Of a stretch of 64,000 nucleotides of DNA, positions 27,842 through 36,658 are shown one piece after another (positions within the stretch are counted from its first letter, which is position 1; every line of letters begins with the position of its first letter). The stretch covers positions 7,906-71,905 of the forward strand of contig CAWADD010000002.1 in NCBI GenBank assembly GCA_963780585.1, in the 5' to 3' direction. Source of the DNA: an uncultured Actinomycetes bacterium. GTDB taxonomy: Bacteria; Actinomycetota; Thermoleophilia; Solirubrobacterales; Solirubrobacteraceae. The notes below the pieces were generated by a model. That model searched no databases. It had not been told where the DNA came from and saw only the letters and a program-made list of their open reading frames with translations. The position numbers and the translations under genes are program-made.

Positions 27842-28651
27842 CAAGGTATTCCGAGCAGCAGGCGCGCGAGGCGGTCGCGGCCTCCCGCAGCTACAGTGAC
27901 GCGCTTCGAAGGCTCGACCTGTGCCCGACTGGCGGCAACTGGCTGACGCTACGCCGGTGGGCGATCGAATGGTCGCTGTCGACGGAGCATTTCGATCCGT
28001 ACGCCGCCAGCGCGTCTGCATCGCGTGAGCGAGGGCGCCCTCTCGAAGCGATCCTGGTCAACGGCTCCACCTACGCGCGTCGCTCCCTGAAAAGCGGCTT
28101 TGGGCACAAGGTCTCAAGCCAAGGCACTGCGAGCTCTGCGGCCAGGACGAGCTGTGGCGCGGGCGACCGATGGGCCTGATCCTCGATCACATCAACGGCA
28201 TGCGCACCGCCTGCGAATCGTCTGCCCGAACTGCGCCGCGACGCTCGACATGCACTGCGGACGCAAGAACCGCCACGAGCGCCCAGAGCGTCAATGTCTG
28301 CGTTGCGCGACGACCTTCCGCGCACGCTATCCGCAGCAGCGCTACTGCTCACGCGCGTGCGGCATCCGGTACGAGCGCAAGGGCAAGCCCAATCCTGCGC
28401 TGCGGCGCGTCGAGCGCCCACCGTACGACGAGCTGGTGCGGGAGATCGCTGCGTCCGGCTACTCGGCCGTCGGGCGCCGGTACGGCGTCAGCGACAACGC
28501 GATCCGCAAGTGGCTGCGCCAGTACGAGCGCGAGGCAGCCCTCAGCGCAGCAGACCGACGACCGCCAGCGGTGGCCCTCAGCGCAGCGGACGGACGACCG
28601 CCAGCGGCAGCCGCTGCGTCGCGACGGGTCCCGACGACCCGCGGGCCGTGA
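27832..28651 (+). pseudogene. HNH endonuclease gene disrupted by two frameshifts
   Basis: The N-terminus lies in frame 1 (MFVPRYSEQQAREAVAASRSYSDALRRL...YARRSLK). The HNH core appears only in frame 0 (LWAQGLKPRHCELCGQDELWRGRPMGLILDHINGMRT). The remainder lies in frame 2 (RLRIVCPNCAATLDMHCGRKNR...CLRCATTF..YCSRACG...RRYGVSDNAIRKWLRQYE). The frame switches fall near 28090-28100 and near 28205-28215. Confidence 0.7.
28541..28612. repeat. 2 x 36-bp tandem direct repeat (4 mismatches)
   Basis: ctcagcgcagcagaccgacgaccgccagcggtggcc followed by ctcagcgcagcggacggacgaccgccagcggcagcc. On the minus strand, copy 2 encodes the last 11 codons plus the stop of the RTX/LamG gene. On the plus strand the repeat gives ALSAADRRPPAV/ALSAADGRPPAA in the HNH tail. 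Confidence 0.85.
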
Positions 28652-31640
28652 GGACAAGCCCGTAGCGGCCGGTCGAGAGCGCCGCGAGCCGGTGGGCGGG
28701 AAGCTTGACGACGTTCGGCCCCGTCGCGCCGGTCGCGACGACCTTGAACAACCGGCGTCCCCCGGCGACGATCTCGACGCGCAGGGTGGCGGGGCGGTTG
28801 AGCGCGAAGCGCACCCGTGGCGCGCGTCGGCGCAGGGCGCTGCCGCGCTCGATGACGAGCGGGGTCTGCAGGCCGACGATCGTCGTCGACTCCTTCGACG
28901 GCGCGACCGTCATCGCGAGCTCGTCGGTCGTCGTGACGACGTTCGTGCCGGCGAGCCGCTGGCGGGCCTGCAGCGTGTGGCGGCCGGAGTGCAGGATCGG
29001 CAGGCGAAACGCGAACGGGCAGCGCGTCCACGGCCCGCCGTCGATGCGGCACTCGAACGGCGTGGCAAGCCCCTCGTAGGGCTGCTGGCCGATGATGCCG
29101 ACCTCGACGCGCTGGCCCGCGAACGTCGGCAGGCCGGACTCCGGCCCGGCGAAGCCCTGCCCGGGCGCGGGCACGAAGACGCGGGTGCCTACCGGGTCGC
29201 GGTTGCCGGCGACGTCGACCGCCCGCACGCGGTGATAGCTGCCCCGCGCAGCGACGTTCCCCGACGCGCAGGGCGAGTAGAAGAAGTCCGGGGTCAAGCC
29301 CGGCGGGAACCCCGCCTCGCCGGGCAGGTTGATCGCGCACTCGTACGTCCGCACGGGCTTGTCGGAGCCGAGCGCGACGACCGCCTGGCGCGCGCCGTCG
29401 GACGCCAGCCGGACGAGGGCGAGCGAGTGCGGCTGCTGCGTGTCGACGGTGAATCGCAGCTCGACCGGCGTCGCCTCGATCAGGCCGAAGCGGTCGGTTG
29501 CCTGCACGCGCAGGACGTGCGGTCCGCCGCCGAGCTTCGTCATCTGATGCTGCTGGCGGCAGGGTGCCAGCGGCGCGCCGTCGAGCCCGCAGCGAAACGT
29601 CGAGCCGCCCTTGTCGGTCACGAACTGCACGATCGACGTCGGCGCGTGGAACGCCGCAAACGGCGGCGACGTCCGCGTCACGGGAGCGACGCCGTCCTCG
29701 CCGACGCGCGCATGCGCCCGGATCGCCGCGGCGTCGAGGGCGCGGTCGTACGTCGCGACCTCGTCGATCGCGCCGAGCCATGCGCCGTAGTCGCCGAGCT
29801 TGGCGCCGATGTGCCAGCTGTAGTTCGGGTAGCTCATCGTGACCGGCTCGGCGGGTCCCTCGGCGACGCTCGCGCCGTCGACGTAGATCGCGATCTGGCT
29901 GTCGGTGCGCGTCAGCGCGACGTGATGCCACGTCGTCCCGAGGTCCAGCGGCGGGCTACGCAGGTCGACGCGGCGCAGGTCGGAGAAGGAGCGGATCTGC
30001 GCTCGCAGCGAACCGTCGGCCTCCCGCAGCAGGGCGAGGCCCGCGTCGTTGCTGCCCTGCGCGACGTCGTTGAGCAGCACCCGCGCCGTGCCCGAGTCGT
30101 CGGAGCGATACCAGCCCTCGAAGGTGAACGCCGGGCCGATCAGCTCGGTGTCGGGGACGTTCGTGTAGAGCGGCTGGCCCGCGTCCCAGGAGGCGATCTC
30201 GTACGCCGTGTCGCCGTCGTCGGTCGGACCGAGCGTCGTGGGCGTGTTGAAGTAGGCCCCCTGAGCCTTCGTGATCTTGTCGATCAGACCGGAGCCGTAG
30301 GCCACGCCGAACGGGCTGTTGACCTGCTCGCTCGGACTCATGCGCCACCAGTGGGTGAGCCCGGGCGTCGCGGCGACGAGATCGGCGTACGTCGGCGATC
30401 CGACGGCCACTCGCAGCGTCGCCGCGGCACGGGCGGCGATGCGCTGCACCCGCCGCGCGGGCGTGCCGACGACACGCTCGCAGTCGCGCGCCACGACGTC
30501 GCCGGCGTCGACGTGCGCCACGTCGCGTCCCGCGCCGCAGCCGATCACGCCGCGGGCCGCGCCGCGCGCATAGATCGTGTCGCGGCCACCGCCCGCGCGC
30601 ACCCGCACGGCGCCGGCACCGCGCAACCGGATCGTGTCGTTACCGCTGCCCGCGTCGATCGTGCCGTCGCCGAGCCCGCCCTCGAGGAAGTCGTCCCCCG
30701 CTCCGCCCGTGATCCGCTGTGGGCCGGGGCCGCCGTAGACCGTGTCGTCGCCGGGACCGGCGGAGATGACGTCGGGCTGGGTCGAGGTCATCCCGGCCTG
30801 CCGCAGCCCCCACAGCACGTCGTTGCCACCGAGGCCGCGCAGGATGTCGGCGCCGGGCCCGCCGAGCAGGACGTCGTCGCGCGCGGTACCGGAGCGCGTG
30901 CCGCCTCCGTCCGCGGCGAGGTACGTCACGCCGCGGTTGGGATCCTGCACCGCGTCGGTCAGCTGGACGATCTCGCAGTCCTTCGAGCGGGTGCCGGCCG
31001 TCCCGATGCCGGCGTAGTCGGCGGTCGCAGATGCCGGGACGGTGAGGTAGACCGTGTCGCGCCCCGACCCGCAGGTGATGTGCGCCGGCACGGCGCCGTC
31101 GACGATGATCACGTCGTTGCCGGCGCCGCCGTCGATGAAGTCGCCACCGCTGTCGGCGAAGATCCGGTCCGAGCCCGTCCCGCCGTCGATCCGATCGATG
31201 CCCGAGCCGCCGTGCAGCAGATCATCGCCCGCTCCGCCGCGGATCGTGTCGGCGTCCTGGTCGCCGTCGAGCGCATCGCCACCCGCGCCGCCGTCGAGCA
31301 GGTCGGCGCCGAACCCGCCGCTGGCGATGTCGTCGCCGTCACCACCGCGCAGCACGTCGATGCCCGAACCACCGCTCAGCGTGTCGCCGCCGGCGCCGCC
31401 GACGACGAGATCGGGCCCGGTGTCGCCCGTCAGCAGATCGTCGCCGCCGCGGCCGTAGATGCGGTCGTGGCCCTCGGCGCCGCGCAGGAAGTCGGCGCCC
31501 GCCCCGCCACGGACGACGCTCGCCCCGAACCCGCCCGAGCGCGGCGAGCCCCAGCCCCATGTCGCGGCCGGCCAGACCGCGAGTGCCGCGACGAGGACGA
31601 TCGGCAACAAGCCGGCGATGTGGGAGGGCGATCGGCGCAT
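28578..31640 (-). CDS. large secreted protein: N-terminal RTX (hemolysin-type Ca-binding) nonapeptide repeats, a LamG/concanavalin-like domain and C-terminal Ig-like region
   Basis: A signal peptide (MRRSPSHIAGLLPIVLVAALAVWPAATWG) is followed by at least 15 GGxGxD repeats (GGAGADFLRGAEGHDRIYGRGGDDLL...). A laminin-G-like block follows (WHHVALTRTDSQIAIYVDG...IDEVATYDRAL), then beta-rich repeats. Start taken at the internal Met of track ORF 28578..31736. Confidence 0.85.
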   Translation of the reverse strand: MRRSPSHIAGLLPIVLVAALAVWPAATWGWGSPRSGGFGASVVRGGAGADFLRGAEGHDRIYGRGGDDLLTGDTGPDLVVGGAGGDTLSGGSGIDVLRGGDGDDIASGGFGADLLDGGAGGDALDGDQDADTIRGGAGDDLLHGGSGIDRIDGGTGSDRIFADSGGDFIDGGAGNDVIIVDGAVPAHITCGSGRDTVYLTVPASATADYAGIGTAGTRSKDCEIVQLTDAVQDPNRGVTYLAADGGGTRSGTARDDVLLGGPGADILRGLGGNDVLWGLRQAGMTSTQPDVISAGPGDDTVYGGPGPQRITGGAGDDFLEGGLGDGTIDAGSGNDTIRLRGAGAVRVRAGGGRDTIYARGAARGVIGCGAGRDVAHVDAGDVVARDCERVVGTPARRVQRIAARAAATLRVAVGSPTYADLVAATPGLTHWWRMSPSEQVNSPFGVAYGSGLIDKITKAQGAYFNTPTTLGPTDDGDTAYEIASWDAGQPLYTNVPDTELIGPAFTFEGWYRSDDSGTARVLLNDVAQGSNDAGLALLREADGSLRAQIRSFSDLRRVDLRSPPLDLGTTWHHVALTRTDSQIAIYVDGASVAEGPAEPVTMSYPNYSWHIGAKLGDYGAWLGAIDEVATYDRALDAAAIRAHARVGEDGVAPVTRTSPPFAAFHAPTSIVQFVTDKGGSTFRCGLDGAPLAPCRQQHQMTKLGGGPHVLRVQATDRFGLIEATPVELRFTVDTQQPHSLALVRLASDGARQAVVALGSDKPVRTYECAINLPGEAGFPPGLTPDFFYSPCASGNVAARGSYHRVRAVDVAGNRDPVGTRVFVPAPGQGFAGPESGLPTFAGQRVEVGIIGQQPYEGLATPFECRIDGGPWTRCPFAFRLPILHSGRHTLQARQRLAGTNVVTTTDELAMTVAPSKESTTIVGLQTPLVIERGSALRRRAPRVRFALNRPATLRVEIVAGGRRLFKVVATGATGPNVVKLPAHRLAALSTGRYGLVLTARGSSGPVATQRLPLAVVRPLR

Positions 31641-31767
31641 GCGGCTCCCGACACCCGTCGGTCGCTGCGCCGGCGGACTTGAACGCGCCCGCGTGCGGAC
31701 CCAGTGGAGCAGCGCCACGTCACGCAGGCAGCTCAACCGTCTCGGCAGGGGCGGCCGATCCGCGGCG

Positions 31768-32562
31768 TCAGTCGAAGCGGAAGAACGTCCCGGTCGGCTC
31801 GAGCTTGTCGGCTTCGATCTTCGGGACCGCGGCGGCGAGCGTGCTCGCGAACGTCTCGCCGCTGGCGCCGATCAGGCGGATCAGCTCCTCGACGGGCGTC
31901 GCCTCGGCCTTGACGCCGTTGGCGTAGTCGGTCGCGTAGCCGAGCAGCGCGTACGGGATCTCGGCCTCCCCGGCGAGCACGGTCTCGGGTCCCGCCGTCT
32001 GGCTGACAACCGTGACGCCGCAGTTCTGCAGCATCCTGATCTCCGTCTTCGTGTTGAAGCGCGGCCCGTCGACGTGGCCATAGCAGCCGCCGTCGACCGC
32101 GAAGTTGCCGGCCTCGTCGGCGCCGGCGAGCAGCGCCTCGCGCAGGTGCTGGGAGAACGGGCGCTCGTAGATCCAGTGCCCGCGACCCTGCTCGCCGGCC
32201 TCGGTGAACATCGTGCAGATCGAGCCGTCAGGCAGGCGGTTGGTCAGGAAGTGAAGGTCGTCGAAGACGACGAGGCTGCCGAGCGAGAGGCTCGCTTCGA
32301 GCGCGCCGCAGACCGTCACCGACAGGATCGCGTCGGCGCCGCGCTCCTTGAGGGCGGCGATGTTCGCCCGGTGGGTGACCATGCTCGACAGCAGCTCGTG
32401 GCCGGGGCGGTGGCGGGAGACGTGCAGCACGTCGACGCCGGCGAAGCGCCCGCTCGTGACCGGCGCCGAGCCGTAGCGGGTGTCGACGAGCTCCGGCTCG
32501 CCGTCGGCCTCGATGCCCGGCAGCGCGTAGGTGCCCGACCCCGTGAGAATTCCGATCCGCAT
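31768..32562 (-). CDS. S-methyl-5'-thioadenosine phosphorylase / purine nucleoside phosphorylase family protein
   Basis: MRIGILTGSG...RHG.GH, VCGAL, GPRF.T..E and VVSQT..PE..LA.EA...YA.L..ATDY give a PNP_UDP_1 / MTAP-like pattern. Confidence 0.8.
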   Translation of the reverse strand: MRIGILTGSGTYALPGIEADGEPELVDTRYGSAPVTSGRFAGVDVLHVSRHRPGHELLSSMVTHRANIAALKERGADAILSVTVCGALEASLSLGSLVVFDDLHFLTNRLPDGSICTMFTEAGEQGRGHWIYERPFSQHLREALLAGADEAGNFAVDGGCYGHVDGPRFNTKTEIRMLQNCGVTVVSQTAGPETVLAGEAEIPYALLGYATDYANGVKAEATPVEELIRLIGASGETFASTLAAAVPKIEADKLEPTGTFFRFD

Positions 32563-32602
32563 CAGTACCCCGCCTCGTGAGTGGTTTTGCCTGGCCGACG
32601 GC

Positions 32603-33832
32603 TCAGCGGTTCGGCACGCGACCGGCGCCGGTGCCGGGCTCGGTCGCCGGTCCACCGGGCGCGGTGACGCCGAGCACGCGCATCGCCTTGAGGCCGAGCG
32701 AGAGCTTCTCGCGCCCGTCGGTCGAACCGACGTCGAGCCCCGACAGCTCGCGCACGCGCTCGAGCCGGTAGCGGATCGTGTGCCGGTGGGTGAAGAGCTT
32801 CTGGGCCGTGCCCGCGACGTTGCCGTCGTTGTCGAGAAACGCCTCGACGGTCCGCACGAGCTCGGTCTCGTACTGCTCGTCGTAGGCGACGAGCGGCTCG
32901 ACGGTCTCGGCGTAGAAGCGCTGCAGTTCGGCCGGATCCTCGCTCATCGCCGACAGCAGCAGGCGGTACGCGCCGGTCTGCTCGAAGGCGAGCAGCGGGC
33001 GCTCGTCGTCGCCCTCGGCGACGTTGACGGCGAGCAGCGCCTCGTTGCCCGCGCGGTGCAGCTCGAGCGGGTCGAGCGCGACGCGGCTGCGACCGATCGC
33101 GAACGTGTGGCCCGGCAGGCCCGCCTGCAGCTCGCGCAGGACGCCCTCGGCAGCGCGCTTGGCGATCGCGTCGTCGCCCGTCGGCACAAGCACGACGACC
33201 TCGGCGGCGCTCGTCTCGCGCTCGGCCGGCGCGGCGATCGCCGTCGGGACGACCGCGCGGGCGCCGCGCTCGGCCGTCGCCAGCACGCGCGCGCGCCAGC
33301 CCTCCTCGACCGGGACATGGGCGTGCGCGCGGGCGACGAGGATCGTGCCGCCGGTCAAGAGGTCGATGCCGAGCTCGCTCGCGCGCTCGACGAGCTCGCC
33401 GGCGTCGGCGACATCGCGCGACAGGGTCAGGCGCAGGAACGCCGTGCTCGCCTCCTGCGACGCGCGCGCCGGCGCGCGGACGCGCTCGACCTCGGAGGCG
33501 ACGAGCGTCGTCACGAGACGCACGAGCGCGGCGCCGGGCTGCGAGCGCGCGCGCATCCGCAGCTGGCCGACGGCGGCGTCGGCGACGCGCAGCTCGATCG
33601 TCTCGACGCCGGCGGCGCTGTCGAGCAGCGAGCGCTCGTCCGCCGGCGACCGCGCGGCGACGGCGAGCACCGACCCGGTGCGGTCGAGCAACACGAGGCT
33701 GGCCTCGAGCGCGCGCGCCGCGGCACGTACGACATCGGGCAGCCCAGCGCCTGATTCGACCGCCTCGGTGATCGCATCGAGCGCGTCAAGATCAAGCTGT
33801 CCCGACCGTTCGAGCGACGTCGTCATGCCCAC
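32603..33832 (-). CDS. PucR/CdaR-family transcriptional regulator
   Basis: The C-terminal HTH is AQKLFTHRHTIRYRLERVRELSGLDV, with a GGDEF-like middle region typical of the family. Confidence 0.85.
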   Translation of the reverse strand: MGMTTSLERSGQLDLDALDAITEAVESGAGLPDVVRAAARALEASLVLLDRTGSVLAVAARSPADERSLLDSAAGVETIELRVADAAVGQLRMRARSQPGAALVRLVTTLVASEVERVRAPARASQEASTAFLRLTLSRDVADAGELVERASELGIDLLTGGTILVARAHAHVPVEEGWRARVLATAERGARAVVPTAIAAPAERETSAAEVVVLVPTGDDAIAKRAAEGVLRELQAGLPGHTFAIGRSRVALDPLELHRAGNEALLAVNVAEGDDERPLLAFEQTGAYRLLLSAMSEDPAELQRFYAETVEPLVAYDEQYETELVRTVEAFLDNDGNVAGTAQKLFTHRHTIRYRLERVRELSGLDVGSTDGREKLSLGLKAMRVLGVTAPGGPATEPGTGAGRVPNR

Positions 33833-33835
33833 AGG

Positions 33836-34060
33836 CTACGCCGCGATGCGATCCCAGTAGTACGCGATCGCCGCACCGCCGGCCGCGCCGAGCAGCAGCA
33901 GAGCCGCCAGGACGTACAGGCTGAGGAACGCCGCCGTGATCCGCTGCAAGGTCGTGCTGTACGCCCGGCAGGCCGGCAGCGCGATGAACCAGACGAACGC
34001 TCCGATCGCCAGGACGCCACATGTCCCTGCGATGAGGATCGTCCATCCGGTGTTCGTCAT
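33836..34060 (-). CDS. small hypothetical membrane protein (2 TM)
   Basis: 74 aa with two hydrophobic helices. It lies 4 nt upstream of pucR on the same strand. Confidence 0.5.
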   Translation of the reverse strand: MTNTGWTILIAGTCGVLAIGAFVWFIALPACRAYSTTLQRITAAFLSLYVLAALLLLGAAGGAAIAYYWDRIAA

Positions 34061-34150
34061 GACGCGGATTGTGCCCTAGATGGCGGACTCCGCGGGTCGT
34101 GGAGTACGCCATCTGGATGGCGGACTCGATGGTGTCTGGAGAGCGACCGT

Positions 34151-35038
34151 CTACAGACGAGCGACGGGACCGCCCGGGCGGGTCAGCACCGGCGTCGGGG
34201 TACGTCCTTCGGCGATGAGCGAATCGCATACCCGCCGGGCGCGCTCGCGATGGCCGGCGCCGACGAACACGCCGAGCACCGTCGGGCCTGATCCGGACAC
34301 GAGCGCATGGTCGGCGCCGGCGGCGAGCGCCGCCTCGAGCGCCCTGTCGATCGCCGAGCACAGCGAGCGTGCCGCGTCCTGCAGGTCGTTGTGGAGGTGC
34401 TCGAGGATCGTCTCCGACGACAACGCGGCCTGCGTCCGGGTGAGCGAGCGCGCGAGATCGAGCGCATCGCGCGGCAGGCCGAGCCGGTCGGCCTCCGCGT
34501 AGACGTCGCCGGCCGCGAGCTCGGCCGCGACCGGCACGACGACGACGCTGTACTCGAGGTTCAGCTTCAGCGGCCGCAGGCGACTGCCCGACCCGGTCGC
34601 GAGCACGAGGCCGCCGCGGACCTGGCTCGCGACGTCGGCGCCGAGCGTCGCGCCGATGTCCTCGAGCAGCCGTCGGTTGCCGAGCCCGGATGCCTCGCCG
34701 ACGAGCCGCAGCGCGGCCGCGGCATCGGCCGAGCCGCCGGCCATGCCGCCGGCGACGGGGATCCGCTTGTCGATCTCCAGGCGGACCGCTGGGCCCTGCC
34801 AGTTCGTCCATTCGCGGAACGCCCGCAGCGCGGCCGCGGCGAGGTTCTCGCCCTCGATCCCCGGGCAGATGACCTCGTCGGCGGTGATCCCCTGCGGCTC
34901 GGTGTCCATGCGGACGTCGTCGCAGAGCGTCAGCGAGTCCATCAGCGTGACGATCTCGTGGCGGCCGTCGGGATGCTGCGGCCCGACGAACAGGCAGAGG
35001 TTGATCTTCGCGCGCGCCTCCGTCCTGAGGACCGTCAT
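34151..35038 (-). CDS. ispE: 4-diphosphocytidyl-2-C-methyl-D-erythritol kinase
   Basis: AKINL.L.V....DG.H.. and IPVAGGMAGGSADAAA (GHMP kinase motif). Confidence 0.93.
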   Translation of the reverse strand: MTVLRTEARAKINLCLFVGPQHPDGRHEIVTLMDSLTLCDDVRMDTEPQGITADEVICPGIEGENLAAAALRAFREWTNWQGPAVRLEIDKRIPVAGGMAGGSADAAAALRLVGEASGLGNRRLLEDIGATLGADVASQVRGGLVLATGSGSRLRPLKLNLEYSVVVVPVAAELAAGDVYAEADRLGLPRDALDLARSLTRTQAALSSETILEHLHNDLQDAARSLCSAIDRALEAALAAGADHALVSGSGPTVLGVFVGAGHRERARRVCDSLIAEGRTPTPVLTRPGGPVARL

Positions 35039-35898
35039 GGCGCCAAGCTTTCGTACAGCGCACGAAAGTCCTGCGGCGACAGGCGCTCGGCGCGCGCGTC
35101 GAGCGGCAGCCCGAGTTCGCCCAGCGCGGCGCGCGCCTGGGCGCGGATCGTCTGCGACGCCCCGGGCGCGAGCGCGAGCGAGCCCGCGAGCGCCTTGCGT
35201 CGGTGGGCGAAGGCCGCCGCGACGAGGTCGCGCAATCCCTGCTCGGGCGTCGGCCCGGTGCGCTGCAGCCCGATCAGCACCGAGTCGACGTTCGGCGCGG
35301 GCGCGAACACCGAGCGCGAGACGGGACGCAGCACGTGCACCGCGCAGGCGAGCTGCGCGAGCACCGACGGCAGCCCGTAGGCGCTCGTGCCGGGCGCCGC
35401 GGCGAAGCGCTCGCCGACCTCCTTCTGGACCATCCCGACCCAGCGCTGCGCGCCGTCGAGCTCCTCGATCGTGCGCAGGATCGCCCCGGCCGCAATGCCG
35501 TAGGGCAGGTTGGCGACGACCTTCGTCGGCGCCGGCCGCAGCGCGCGAAGGTCGATCCTCATCGCGTCCGCGATGTGCAGCGTGACGTTGTCGTAGGGGT
35601 CGATCGCATCGTGCAAGGCCGGCTCCAGCGCGCGGTCGAGCTCGACGACGTGCAGGTGGGCGACGCGCGGCGCGAGGTGCTCGGAGAGGACACCGAGGCC
35701 GCCGCCGATCTCGAGCACGACGTCGTCGCAGTCGAGCTTCGCCTCGCGCTCGATGACCCGCAGGATGTTCGAGTCGATCAGGAAGTTCTGGCCCAGATCG
35801 CGCTTCGGCCGGACGCCGAACGCGCGCATCCGGCGCAGGCTGGGCTGCGTCGGCTCGGGGGACTCGGCGGGATCGGTCTTCTGCATCGGGATCACCAT
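35035..35898 (-). CDS. rsmA: 16S rRNA (adenine1518/1519-N6)-dimethyltransferase RsmA/KsgA
   Basis: LGQNFLIDSNILRVI, VLEIGGGLGVLSEHL and VANLPYGIA. Start taken at ATG 35898 (MVIPMQK; 35886 is also possible). The track ORF to 36393 is an over-extension. Confidence 0.92.
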   Translation of the reverse strand: MVIPMQKTDPAESPEPTQPSLRRMRAFGVRPKRDLGQNFLIDSNILRVIEREAKLDCDDVVLEIGGGLGVLSEHLAPRVAHLHVVELDRALEPALHDAIDPYDNVTLHIADAMRIDLRALRPAPTKVVANLPYGIAAGAILRTIEELDGAQRWVGMVQKEVGERFAAAPGTSAYGLPSVLAQLACAVHVLRPVSRSVFAPAPNVDSVLIGLQRTGPTPEQGLRDLVAAAFAHRRKALAGSLALAPGASQTIRAQARAALGELGLPLDARAERLSPQDFRALYESLAP

Positions 35899-36641
35899 GC
35901 GAACAGCGCGGCTGCGTTGCGCTCCACGAGCCGCTCGAGCTCGTCGTACTCGAGCCCGCGCTGCTCGGCGACGAAGCGGGCCGTGTGCGCGACGAAGGCG
36001 GGCTGGTTTCGCTCCTTGCGCACCGCCTGCGGCGTCAGATAGGGCGCGTCGGTCTCGACGAGCAGCCGCTCGGCCGGGACGCGCGCCGCCGCCGCGGCGA
36101 GGTCGCTCGCCTTCGGATACGTCACGTTGCCGGCGAACGAGATCCACCAGCCCTGCTCGACGCAGGCGTCGAGCTCGCCGGGCATCGAGAAGCAGTGCAG
36201 GATCACGTCGAGCTCGCCGGCATCCGCGCGCAGCGTGTCGATCGTGTCCTCGTTCGCCGCGCGCGTGTGGATGACGAGCGGCTTGCCGGTCTCCCGCGCG
36301 AGCTCGATCTGGGCCGCGAACGCACGCTCCTGGTCGGCGCGCGGCGCGTAGTCGCGGTAGTAGTCCAGCCCCGTCTCGCCGATCGCGACGCACCGCGGAT
36401 GCTCGGCCAGCGCGCGCAGCTCGGCGAGGTCGGCGTCGTCGAAGCCCGTCGCCTCGTTGGGATGGCGGCCGATCGCGGCGAGCACCTGCGGAAAGCGCTC
36501 GGCGGCAAGCAGCGCCGCGCGGCAGCTGATGCCGTTCGTGCCGACCGTCAGCATCCGCGTCACGCCGGCGTCGACCGCCGCGGCGACGAGCTCGGCGTCG
36601 TCGGGCTTACAGGCGTGCAGGTGGGTGTGGCTGTCGATCAC
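35892..36641 (-). CDS. tatD: TatD-family metal-dependent DNase/hydrolase
   Basis: (M)IDSHTHL..., AIGETGLDYYR, VIHTR, ILHCFSM and ETDAPYLTP. GTG start at 36641. The upstream part of track ORF 35892..37514 is an artefact overlapping metG. Confidence 0.9.
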   Translation of the reverse strand: MIDSHTHLHACKPDDAELVAAAVDAGVTRMLTVGTNGISCRAALLAAERFPQVLAAIGRHPNEATGFDDADLAELRALAEHPRCVAIGETGLDYYRDYAPRADQERAFAAQIELARETGKPLVIHTRAANEDTIDTLRADAGELDVILHCFSMPGELDACVEQGWWISFAGNVTYPKASDLAAAAARVPAERLLVETDAPYLTPQAVRKERNQPAFVAHTARFVAEQRGLEYDELERLVERNAAALFAW

Positions 36642-36658
36642 GTCGTGCCGGACATCGC

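Noticed and set aside
28170-31682. 1,170-aa ORF on the plus strand
   Set aside because: It is antisense to the RTX/LamG gene and has an Arg/Ala-dominated composition with no domain signatures. Only its first few codons (MGLILDHINGMRT) are meaningful, as the HNH core fragment of the pseudogene.
27802-33900. Direct repeat of the tRNA-Gln 3' end marking an integrated element (att site)
   Set aside because: I did not spot a copy of ggttcgagtcctggctcccca downstream by eye. This needs a computed repeat search, so no mobile element is called.
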